NCBI RefSeq assembly: GCF_000007145.1
Contig: NC_003902.1
Span: 30,001 to 62,000 of the forward strand
DNA from: Xanthomonas campestris pv. campestris str. ATCC 33913
GTDB taxonomy: Bacteria; Pseudomonadota; Gammaproteobacteria; Xanthomonadales; Xanthomonadaceae
DNA: 32,000 bases
Direction: 5' to 3'
This document shows positions 1 through 14,279 of the stretch, one piece after another. Below the pieces are notes generated by a model, which did not search any database, had not been told where the DNA came from, and saw only the letters and a list, made by a program, of their open reading frames with translations. The first letter of the stretch is position 1. Each line of letters starts with the position of its first letter. The translations under genes and the position numbers were made by a program.

Positions 1-28
1 GCTGCGCGCAAGCGTTAGGCGGGAGCAA

Positions 29-475
29 TCAATCGTTATCCACGCTCACCACGTGCCCATCTTCCGGGTCGACGTGCAGGTCTACCTTCTGCCCACCGCT
101 TTGTTCGGCATCGGCCTTCCACAGGCCATCTTCGAACTTGAGGTCATGCACCTTGGAATAGCCCTTGGTGGAGAGCGCTGCACGAATGTCGGCCTCGCTC
201 ATCTTGGAGGTAGTCTGGTCGCCATACACGCGGCCGGTCGTCGGGTCGATCCGCACATCCACATCCTTGCCGTCGCCGCTGCGCGCATCGGCCGTCCACA
301 CGCCGTGCTCGAACTTGATGTCGTGCACCTTCGTGTAGCCCTTGGCCGTCAACATGCTGCTGACTTCGGCGGAAGTGAGTGCCTTTGCCGGCTTGGCGGC
401 GTCCTGCGCAAACGCACCGTGTGCGGTGAGGGCAAGTGCGCCAACCAGCGCGATGGTCATCAAACGCTGTGCCAT
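29..475 (-). CDS. Secreted protein with two PepSY-like repeats
   Basis: The ORF has its ATG at 475-473, preceded by AGGAG. The N-terminus (MAQRLMTIALVGALALTAHGAFA) looks like a signal peptide. Two internal repeats, KGYTKVHDIKFEHGVWTADA... and KGYSKVHDLKFEDGLWKADA..., each followed by V(D/H)VDP..G.V, fit the PepSY pattern. Confidence 0.8.
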   Translation of the reverse strand: MAQRLMTIALVGALALTAHGAFAQDAAKPAKALTSAEVSSMLTAKGYTKVHDIKFEHGVWTADARSGDGKDVDVRIDPTTGRVYGDQTTSKMSEADIRAALSTKGYSKVHDLKFEDGLWKADAEQSGGQKVDLHVDPEDGHVVSVDND

Positions 476-892
476 GAGAGTGCTCCTAGCAGTGAAGTGC
501 GTCCATGCTGGGCGTGGGCAGATCGCGGCGTGGTGAAAAAAACGACCTTATGTATTGCAAAAGTTCAGTTAGCTGACAACCGGGGAGCCTGTTCACCCGT
601 GCTGCACGTAGCGTTTACACCTGCGAATGAGGTCGCTAAAAACGGTCGATACAGCCTAGCGCGGTCGTTGACCTCGAAAGCGCTCGATCGTGTGGGCGAG
701 CAAGCAGAGAGCCGCTGTGCACCGGCGGCAATCGATTGCCACGACTGCCACGGCAGCCACGCGTACGTCATCGTCGCAATTCAGCAGAAAAATCTGCAGG
801 AGCGCCCTGGGCGCGATGAAGCCCTACCGACCACGGTAACGCTCCATCGCGCCCAGGGGCGCTCCTACGAAAGGCGGGCATGCGACAACGTG

Positions 893-1942
893 TCAGCGTG
901 TAGCGCGCGCGGCCTGCGGCGAGAGGATGACCATCTGCGGCTTGTCGGTGCCGTCCTTGTTCGGATGCACGTTGTAGGCGTAGCTGGTGTTCCACCATGC
1001 GCCCGCTGCCCACCATGTCCAGCCCAGCCAGACATCGGCGTAGTTTTCCATGTAGGCCAGCATGCCTTGCAGCGCGGTATTGCAGACGGCGTTGTTGGCG
1101 GTGCCGAACTCACCGAGAAAACCACGCTTGTTGTTGGTGCGTAGCCATTCGGTGAACGCACGCAGGCGATCGGCGCCGATGGTTTCACTGACGCAGACAC
1201 TTGAGGTGCCGCTGGAATCGGCATCCAGATATTGATGCACTTCGAACGCATAGCGATTGAGAGGGTCGCTGATCGATGCCAACGCGGTTGCATTGGAATA
1301 CCCATCGCTGGTCAGCGAGTGCCAGCTGTGTGCGCCGGTCCACAGCGCGCCCGGTACCAGGATCAGATTGTTGGCGCCGGTGGCACGGATCGCATCGATG
1401 CCTGCCTGCGCTGCACCGGCCCATTCGCTGGCAGAGATGTTGTTGGGCTCATTCATCAGCCCGAAGATCACGGCGTTATCGCTGTTGAAGATCACCGCCA
1501 GGCGCCGCCACAGATCGGCAAAGGTGGCGAGCGGCACTTCCGGCCCACCCATTTTATAACCGTAGTACTTGCTGTAGTTGTGGATATCCAGCACCAGATA
1601 CATGCCCGATGCCTTGGCGCGTGCCACCGCTTGCTGCACCAGTGCCAGCTGCGCCGGATCCAGCTCGCCGCGTGCGGCAGGTTGCAGACGTTCCCACAGG
1701 ATCGGCAGGCGAATCACGTTCATTCCAGTCCCAGCGAAATAGCTGTAATCGGTGCTGGCGGGATACATGTAGTCCTTGTTGAGGACGCCAGGTTTTTTCG
1801 ATGACGCAAATTCCGCACCCGCCAAATTGACGCCGGCGTACTTGAGTGCACGCGTTTGTGCATGGCCCATCGGCAGAACACCGAGCAGCAGGAAGAACAC
1901 CGCGCAGGACATTAGCCTGCGCAACCACAGAGAACACGACAT
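893..1942 (-). CDS. GH5 family endoglucanase (cellulase), paralog 1, secreted
   Basis: The long ORF 893..2254 is trimmed to the ATG at 1942-1940, which sits 9 nt after GAAGGAG and begins a signal peptide (MSCSLWLRRLMSCAVFFLLLGVLPMGHA/QT). GH5 hallmarks are present: IRLPILWERLQP, HNY, LMNEP (acid/base Glu), HQY, and FLGEFG (nucleophile Glu). Confidence 0.88.
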   Translation of the reverse strand: MSCSLWLRRLMSCAVFFLLLGVLPMGHAQTRALKYAGVNLAGAEFASSKKPGVLNKDYMYPASTDYSYFAGTGMNVIRLPILWERLQPAARGELDPAQLALVQQAVARAKASGMYLVLDIHNYSKYYGYKMGGPEVPLATFADLWRRLAVIFNSDNAVIFGLMNEPNNISASEWAGAAQAGIDAIRATGANNLILVPGALWTGAHSWHSLTSDGYSNATALASISDPLNRYAFEVHQYLDADSSGTSSVCVSETIGADRLRAFTEWLRTNNKRGFLGEFGTANNAVCNTALQGMLAYMENYADVWLGWTWWAAGAWWNTSYAYNVHPNKDGTDKPQMVILSPQAARATR

Positions 1943-2350
1943 GGAAACCACTCCTTCGACGACGGAAAAGATGCATCGCAGCCCCATGGCGTGCGATCGA
2001 CGTTCGTTACGCTGCATCTGCCCGTTCAATGCATCACGCGTGCCAGCCGCGCATCGCGCGGTGGTTAAAGATGATGTGCGCAGGGGCTCACAAACAAACT
2101 GCGTTGTGGCCTGCACTTTATGCGGCGTGGGAGGAGCTGGCACCGGGTTCGTGCGGTTGTGCCTGCTTTCAAGGGAGATTGCGCTTTCACGCGTGACGCG
2201 ACCGCGACGAAATCTCGACATGCGATTTGCTAGGCGACGAAAGCGTGACGCCAAATCTCCGGCTGCGCATGCAACCGACGCACTAGCAGTACAGGTCTAC
2301 TGCGTGCGCCGGCTGCTGCGGTTGTACACAAGCGAACTGATCGATTGCCG

Positions 2351-3403
2351 TTATCGGGTGACGCGATGCGCGCGTGCGCTCAGGGTTTTCATCTGCGGCT
2401 TGTCGCGGCCTTGCGCATCGGGCTGCACGTTGAACGGATAGCTGGTTTTCCACCACGCGCCCGCGGCCCAGAACGTCCAACCGATCCACACATCGTGGTT
2501 GGTTTCGAGATAACCGAGCATGCCGTCGAGCGCCGCAGTGCAGGTTGCGTTATTGGCGGTGCCGAATTCGCCAAGAAAACCGCGCTTGCCTTGCGCGCGC
2601 AGCCAGCCGGTGAAACTGCGCAAGCGCTCCGCGCCGATCGTGCGGCTCACACAACCGGCACTGGTGCCGCTGGAGTCGGTATCCAGGTATTGATGGACTT
2701 CGATCGCATAGCGATTCAGTGGGTCGCGGATGTTCGCAAGCGCCACTGCATTGGACTGCCCGGCCACGGTGGAATACCAGCTGTGTGCGCCCGACCACAA
2801 TGCACCGGGCACCAGAATCAGGTTGGTGGCACCGGTGGCACGAATGCTGTCGATGGACGCCTGCGCGGCGGCGGCCCAACTCTCTGGCGAGATGTCGTAC
2901 GGCTCGTTCATCAGCCCGAAAATCACGGCGTTGTCGCTCTTGAACGCGATGGCCAGACGGCGCCAGAGATCGGTGAACGTGCGCACCGGCACCCGCTTAC
3001 TGCCAATCTTCTGGCCGTAGTACTTGGCGTAGTTGTGCACATCGATAATCAGGTATTGATTGGCGGCCTTGGCGTTGGCCACTGCCTGCTTCAGCAATGC
3101 CAGTTGTGCCTGATCCAGCGGACCTTGAGCTTTGGGCTGCATGCGCTCCCACAGGATCGGCAGGCGCACGATGTTCATTTGCTTGCCCGCGAAGTACCTG
3201 TACTCGGACGCGGTTGGATAGCGGTAGTCGATATTGAGCACGCCCGGTTTTTTGGACGACTGGATCTCCGCACCGGAGATGTTGACGCCTGCGTATTTCA
3301 GACGATTGGGGCTTTGCGCCTGTGCGATGGACATCGTGGCGATGCACAGCATGACCAACGCGCAGCGCAGCAGCTGGCGTGGCCAGGAGGGGGAGGCAGA
3401 CAT
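2351..3403 (-). CDS. GH5 family endoglucanase (cellulase), paralog 2, secreted
   Basis: The ORF 2351..3469 is trimmed to the ATG at 3403-3401, which follows AAGGAAC. The signal peptide is MSASPSWPRQLLRCALVMLCIATMSIAQA. It has the same GH5 motifs (VRLPILWERMQP, LMNEP, HQYLD, FLGEFG) and is collinear with paralog 1 along its whole length. Confidence 0.88.
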   Translation of the reverse strand: MSASPSWPRQLLRCALVMLCIATMSIAQAQSPNRLKYAGVNISGAEIQSSKKPGVLNIDYRYPTASEYRYFAGKQMNIVRLPILWERMQPKAQGPLDQAQLALLKQAVANAKAANQYLIIDVHNYAKYYGQKIGSKRVPVRTFTDLWRRLAIAFKSDNAVIFGLMNEPYDISPESWAAAAQASIDSIRATGATNLILVPGALWSGAHSWYSTVAGQSNAVALANIRDPLNRYAIEVHQYLDTDSSGTSAGCVSRTIGAERLRSFTGWLRAQGKRGFLGEFGTANNATCTAALDGMLGYLETNHDVWIGWTFWAAGAWWKTSYPFNVQPDAQGRDKPQMKTLSARAHRVTR

Positions 3404-4033
3404 GGGGTGTTCCTTGCAGTTGCGGGGGAGATACGCTGCCCGCAACGTCATGCCGCGCGACGCGGCCAACAGCGCATCTGTCTCTACCCTAGGCGCAACG
3501 GCACGCTGAAACTACAGATGCGAGGTATCACTCTTCCAAGCTGTGCGGTGTTTCGCAGTGGCGGCAGGATCTGGTCGACGCATCCGCGACAGAGGCACGT
3601 TTTCATGCCCATGTATGGAAGCGTGTGCGCAGCTTGAAACGGCGCGCGTGGCGCGTCGGCCAAGAGACCTGTGGCGAAAAAACTGCCTGGCTAAAAACAC
3701 GGCATGCGGTGATCACTGCATGCACGGGCAGCCACACCGCAACGACCGCGGTGCGCCCGCGTGATCACGGTTGCCTATGTGGCTGCGAGCCGATGCACGC
3801 GCACGTGGCAGTTCCACCTACACGCCGCACAAACGGCGTGCCAGGTGACAGACACCGCCAACGTCGCGCGTGCGGCGCTCGCATTCGGCTGCGCTAAAGC
3901 GGCCAGGAAGCAGAGACGCAGACGCCAGGCAGGCGCGAGCGTGGAGGTGCATCGGTATGGACTGAGTGTCCACGCCAACGGCTCCGCGCATGCGCCTGCC
4001 TGGCGTTTGCTCGCTACATGGTGCTTGGGGCGC

Positions 4034-5098
4034 TTACTTGCCGGCGCGACGCGCGTGCTCGCTCAGGATCGACATCTGCGGCTTCTCGCTGCCGTCCTTG
4101 CCCGGCTGCACATTGAACGGGTAGTCCGGCTTCCACCACGCGCCGGCCGCCCACCAGGTCCAGCCCAGCCACACGTCGCTGTTCTTTTCCATGTAGCTCA
4201 GCATGCCTTTCAGCGCGTCGTTGCAGACCGCATTGTTGGCCGTGCCGAACTCGCCCAGGAAGCCTTTCTGCTTGTTCTCGCGCAGCCAGTCGGTAAAGCC
4301 GCGCAACTTGTCTGCGCCCACCGTGGCACTGGTGCATTCGGGCTTGGTGCCGCTGTAGTCGCCGTCCAGGTATTGATGCGCTTCGAAGGCCAGATTGTTG
4401 CCGGGGTCCTTGAGAATCTGCAGGGCCTTGGCATTGGAGACGCCGTAGCTGGTGCTGCGCCAGCTGTGCGCGCCGGTGTAGGCCGTGCCAGGCACCAGAA
4501 TCAAATTGTTCGCGCCGGTCTTGCGGATGGTGTTGATCGCCGCTTGTGCGGCCGCGGCCCAGTCGGTGGAGGAGATGCCATTGGGCTCGTTCATCAGCCC
4601 GAAGATCACCTGCTTGTCGTCCTTGAACTCCAGCGCCAGGCGGCGCCACAGATCGGCCAGTGCTGCAGGCGGCACCTCGTCGGTGCCGATGCGCTTTCCG
4701 TTGTACTTGGCGTAGTTGTGCAGGTCCAGGATCAGGAACTGCTTGTTGGCCTTGGCGGCGGCCACGGATTTTTTGATCAACGCCAGTTGCGCCGCATCCA
4801 GCTCGCCATTGAGGGTTGGCTGCAGGCGCTCCCACAGAAACGGCAAGCGAATGGTGTTCATGCCCTTGCTGGCGAAATAGCTGAAATCCGCCGCCGCCGG
4901 GTAGGTGTAGTCCTTGTAGAGCGTGCCGGGCTTCTTGCGCGAGTTGAACTCGGCGCCGGAGATGTTGACGCCCACGTACTTCAATCCGCCGCGGGCGTTG
5001 TCTGCCTCCTTGGCATGCGCCAACGGCAACGTGGCGAGCAGGGCCAGCGCCAGTGCGGCAGCGTGGGTGCGGGTGGAGCGGGGGAGAGATGGGAACAT
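4034..5098 (-). CDS. GH5 family endoglucanase (cellulase), paralog 3, secreted
   Basis: The ORF 4034..5179 is trimmed to the ATG at 5098-5096, which follows GAAGGAGG. The signal peptide is MFPSLPRSTRTHAAALALALLATLPLAHA. GH5 motifs are IRLPFLWERLQP, LMNEP, HQYLD, and FLGEFG. It is the most divergent of the three paralogs. Confidence 0.88.
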   Translation of the reverse strand: MFPSLPRSTRTHAAALALALLATLPLAHAKEADNARGGLKYVGVNISGAEFNSRKKPGTLYKDYTYPAAADFSYFASKGMNTIRLPFLWERLQPTLNGELDAAQLALIKKSVAAAKANKQFLILDLHNYAKYNGKRIGTDEVPPAALADLWRRLALEFKDDKQVIFGLMNEPNGISSTDWAAAAQAAINTIRKTGANNLILVPGTAYTGAHSWRSTSYGVSNAKALQILKDPGNNLAFEAHQYLDGDYSGTKPECTSATVGADKLRGFTDWLRENKQKGFLGEFGTANNAVCNDALKGMLSYMEKNSDVWLGWTWWAAGAWWKPDYPFNVQPGKDGSEKPQMSILSEHARRAGK

Positions 5099-5411
5099 GG
5101 GGGAGCCTCCTTCGGCAGTCGACGTAGGCGGCCGCAGGGGGAGGGCACGGCCAGCGAGGATGGTGCAGCGCCACACCATCGATGGTCAGCCTAGGGGCCT
5201 CGGCGTTAGCGCGCCATTCACGCGGGCAACGCTGATTTGATGATGCGCGAACGTCCAAAGCGCCATGCTGGCGCCACGGTCGAGTTCGCAAGCCGACTGG
5301 CAAGACGCACTGTCGCAGGAGTGCGACGGAGCGGTGTCCTAAGCTAACGCACCTACTTTTTTGCTGTCTGCGCCCTGCGCGGGCGGCGTTTCCGTCCCCT
5401 GGAGTATTCCC

Positions 5412-6470
5412 ATGAGCAAAGCCCACGCCTACGCCGCCCAAACCGCCGACCAGCCGCTGGCGCCGTTCGTCTTCGAACGTCGCGCGCCCGGTCCCGACGA
5501 TGTGCAGATCGACATCGCCTACTGCGGTGTGTGCCACTCGGACCTGCACACCGCACGCAACGAATGGCACAACACGGTGTATCCCTCGGTGCCGGGCCAC
5601 GAGATCGTGGGCCGCGTCACTGCCGTCGGCAGCGCCGTGACCAACTTCAAGGTCGGTGACCTGGCCGGTGTGGGTTGCATGGTCGACAGCTGCCGCAGCT
5701 GCGCCTCCTGCCAGGAAGGCGAGGAGCAATATTGCGAACAGGGCTTCACCGGCACCTACAACGGCCCGATGTTTGGCGGCGGCGAGAACACCTATGGCGG
5801 GTACTCCGACCATATCGTGGTGGACCAGAAGTACGTGCTGCACATTTCCCACAGCGACAACCTGGCCGCCGTGGCCCCGTTGTTGTGCGCGGGCATCACC
5901 ACCTATTCGCCACTGGCGCATTGGAAGGTTGGCCCCGGGCAGAAGGTGGGCGTGGTCGGCCTGGGTGGCCTGGGCCACATGGCGGTGAAGATCGCCAAGG
6001 CCATGGGCGCCACCGTGGTGCTGTTCACCACCTCCGAAAGCAAGCGCGCCGATGCGCTGCGCCTGGGCGCCAGTGAAGTGGTCATTTCCAAGGACGAGGC
6101 GCAGATGGCCGCGCAGTACAACACCCTGGATTTCATCCTCAACACCGTGGCCGCGCCGCACAACCTGGACCCGTTCCTCAATGCGCTCAAGCGCGACGGC
6201 GCGATGGTGCTGGTGGGCGTGCCCGAACATTCGCATCCGTCACCGGCGGTGTTCAACCTGGTAATGAAGCGCCGCACGCTGGCCGGTTCGTTGATCGGCG
6301 GCATCCGCCAGACCCAGGAAATGCTCGATTTCTGCGCCAAGCACAACATCGTCTCCGACATCGAAACCATCCGCGCCGACCAGATCAACGAGGCCTACGA
6401 GCGCATGCTCAAGGGCGACGTGAAGTACCGCTTCGTAATTGATATGGACACGCTGGCCAAGGCGGCCTGA
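5412..6470 (+). CDS. Zn-dependent NAD(P)-alcohol dehydrogenase (YahK / cinnamyl-alcohol-dehydrogenase-like MDR family)
   Basis: The ATG at 5412 follows GGAG (5401-5404). It carries the catalytic-zinc motif GVCHSDLH, a structural-zinc Cys cluster (CRSCASCQEGEEQYC), and a Rossmann motif (GVVGLGGLGH). Confidence 0.9.
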   Translation: MSKAHAYAAQTADQPLAPFVFERRAPGPDDVQIDIAYCGVCHSDLHTARNEWHNTVYPSVPGHEIVGRVTAVGSAVTNFKVGDLAGVGCMVDSCRSCASCQEGEEQYCEQGFTGTYNGPMFGGGENTYGGYSDHIVVDQKYVLHISHSDNLAAVAPLLCAGITTYSPLAHWKVGPGQKVGVVGLGGLGHMAVKIAKAMGATVVLFTTSESKRADALRLGASEVVISKDEAQMAAQYNTLDFILNTVAAPHNLDPFLNALKRDGAMVLVGVPEHSHPSPAVFNLVMKRRTLAGSLIGGIRQTQEMLDFCAKHNIVSDIETIRADQINEAYERMLKGDVKYRFVIDMDTLAKAA

Positions 6471-6493
6471 TCGCTGTTGTAGCAGGTGTAATG

Positions 6494-6537
6494 CCACCGC
6501 TTGCGTCGCTTATGACGCAGGCGTTGGTCAACGGTGG
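6494..6537. terminator. Imperfect long hairpin just downstream of the adh stop (possible terminator or islet boundary structure)
   Basis: CCACCG (6494-6499) pairs with CGGTGG (6532-6537). An inner stem, CTTGCGTC (6500-6507) with GACGCAGG (6514-6521), matches 7 of 8 around the loop GCTTAT. There is no downstream T-run, so it is not a canonical intrinsic terminator. Confidence 0.3.
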
Positions 6538-6713
6538 TCAGTTGACCTAGGGCTGAAGGAATATCTATCTACGCCGCAGTTTACTTGCAGTTTGGCACAA
6601 TCTCGCGATTAGGCAATTAATGCTTGAATAGCTAGCTACTAGATCGTTCTTAAGTCGCTCATAGTTTAAGGCGACGAAAAATACTTGCAGCTCTGCGAAG
6701 GAACTCACCGAAA

Positions 6714-7447
6714 TCAATTAGCCGGCAAGTTTGTCTTGAATGAGCTTCTAGATTTCCTATAAGTCGCAATGATACTTAAGATGTACTTAGATCCATACGC
6801 AATTAAGAATCCAGTGTTGTAAGGCACTGTCATTCCTGTAGGTTCACCGTTCTCATCAATAACATTCTCATATTCAACGCGAAACTTGGAGACGACACCC
6901 GCGACGCGAACTTCTTCGGGCTTGCCAGCAGGGTAAAAGAATAGTGGGCCTCCAGAAAATCCTTCGTTGTTAATGGCATCTATGTGGAGAATTTGCGGGT
7001 CATCGAGCTGGTATGAAGAAACGGTACCTTTCTTCGCATACGGACATGGCATGCCACCCATTAAATTCCCAACGTTTCCCCACATCTTGTATGGAAATCC
7101 AAGGAAGTATATATCTTGCCCCCAAGCAAGGCCCGCAATGGTTGGCGTTACAGGATAGCCAGCCGGACTGAGGCGTTGCGGTAACCTAAGGACTGAAATG
7201 TCTATTTCGCCCCTGCCATGTCCAACGACCTGAGCATTTAAGCTCTGCCACTTCTCGTCATGGAAGACCAGAATTTGAAATTCTTGATGCTCCTGACTAA
7301 GGAGGTGGCGCGCAGTACCAGAAATTCTTCTCCATCAATTTCTAAAGTAAAAGCAGTGCCATATGCCTCCGCTTTGATGAAAAATGTACGTAGTAGGATG
7401 TTAGAGACAACCATATAGCCGAGAGCCTCAAGTAAGTCATCGAGCAA
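6714..7447 (-). pseudogene. Trypsin-like (S1 / Trypsin_2-type) serine protease, interrupted by one frameshift
   Basis: Two minus-strand frames join to give ...AYGTAFTLEIDGEEFLV|TARHLLSQEH...GRGEIDISVLRLPQ...GFPYKMWGN...INNEGFSGGPLFFY... The His (TARH), Asp (DISVLRL) and Ser (GFSGGP) triad contexts are in canonical order. The frame changes at about 7314-7318, where one extra base would restore FLV-TARHLL. My own translation shows the downstream frame is open from 7334 down to 6714. The start is TTG at 7447 or ATG at 7414. Confidence 0.7.
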
Positions 7448-7450
7448 AGA

Positions 7451-7957
7451 TTAGTAATTAAATGGACTGTTCGGCAGCGACAGTAGCCATACCAGATGAG
7501 ACTGCCTTAGAGAGGTATGGTTTTGGCGAATCATGCCCCTTAGATATGCGAGACGCATATGGCCCTCTATCAGTTGATTTGAACGCATCGTTGCGCCTTT
7601 TGGATGCATCAAGCCTGATGAGTTTGCAGCAACTATAATTGGGACGGGCGACGTGCCGTTGGTCAGCATATATGTCGCCAGCCAAGTACTTCTGCGAATC
7701 TGGTCCCGGAAGAGTTCGTCTCCCCAGTAATCGAGGGTTTCTAGCCACTCGTCGAAGTGGCCAATGTGCATGATTTCTGCATTGGTTAGGTTAGCTTGCG
7801 CAAAGACGAGCTGATCGATTGACCTATTCAGCCAATCGCGCTCGAACTCCTGCCAATGCCGGTGGACCCAGCTTTCGACGACATTGTGGAAAATTACTGA
7901 GCTGTTTCGGCCATCGAGCGTAGTAATCGTCGAACGACTCAGCGCCAGAGTCACCAT
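7451..7957 (-). CDS. Hypothetical 168-aa protein, first gene of the AT-rich islet cassette
   Basis: The ORF starts at the ATG at 7957-7955 and is uninterrupted in AT-rich DNA, where random ORFs tend to be short. Its stop (7453-7451) lies 3 nt before the protease start, which suggests an operon. I recognise no family. There is no signal peptide or transmembrane segment. Confidence 0.55.
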   Translation of the reverse strand: MVTLALSRSTITTLDGRNSSVIFHNVVESWVHRHWQEFERDWLNRSIDQLVFAQANLTNAEIMHIGHFDEWLETLDYWGDELFRDQIRRSTWLATYMLTNGTSPVPIIVAANSSGLMHPKGATMRSNQLIEGHMRLAYLRGMIRQNHTSLRQSHLVWLLSLPNSPFNY

Positions 7958-8001
7958 ACCCTTTGACGGTAGGGGCGATCATATCTTTGGTTAGCGAACG
8001 C

Positions 8002-9596
<1,595 letters not shown>

Positions 9597-9604
9597 GGCG
9601 GCGG

Positions 9605-14077
<4,473 letters not shown>

Positions 14078-14279
14078 GTCTGCCTCTTTGCGATCCGGGA
14101 AAAACGGCGACGACGTTGCACCGCTCGACCATGGAGCGGTGCAGGAGATCACCGGATCATCGACTAAAACACAGTTGATGCGGTGCCGCAATACACCGTT
14201 ACAGCTGCAACGAGAGCGGCCTGAATCCCTTGTGCCAGCAGGCTTGGCGCCCGATGGGAGCGCCAGGCCTGCTGGGTGC

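Noticed and set aside
1943-2254. N-terminal extensions of the three cellulase ORFs, and likewise of adh, gltB, the lipoproteins, blaI and the saccharopine-dehydrogenase-like gene, as given by the longest-ORF track.
   Set aside because: Internal ATGs with good Shine-Dalgarno sequences start exactly at a signal peptide, lipobox or Rossmann motif. The upstream extensions are Arg-rich junk with no RBS.
1943-4033. A search for plant-inducible-promoter (PIP) boxes (TTCGB-N15-TTCGB) upstream of the cellulase genes, and for a sigma54 -24/-12 element upstream of gltB (14078-14279).
   Set aside because: I found only isolated half-sites (for example TTCGC at 3552 and GCGAA at 2332) with no correctly spaced partner. 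I found no TGGCAC-N5-TTGC arrangement. This was a by-eye scan only, so absence is not proven.
4014-6236. Very long ORFs antisense to, or overlapping, real genes. These are 4014..6236(-) 740 aa, 7963..9621(+) 552 aa, 10625..13417(+) 930 aa, 14657..15904(-) 415 aa, 18416..19621(-) 401 aa, 25604..26779(-) 391 aa, 28274..29494(-) 406 aa and 53..1144(+) 363 aa.
   Set aside because: Their translations are Arg/Ala/Gly/His-rich low-information sequence with no motifs, typical of stop-poor antisense frames in high-GC DNA. In every case the opposite strand encodes a protein with clear family signatures.
6714-7957. Assigning the islet cassette to a named defence, toxin-antitoxin or retron-type system.
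   Set aside because: No reverse transcriptase, ATPase, nuclease or other signature partner is present, and I cannot recall a named system with this exact pair. Naming one would be invention.
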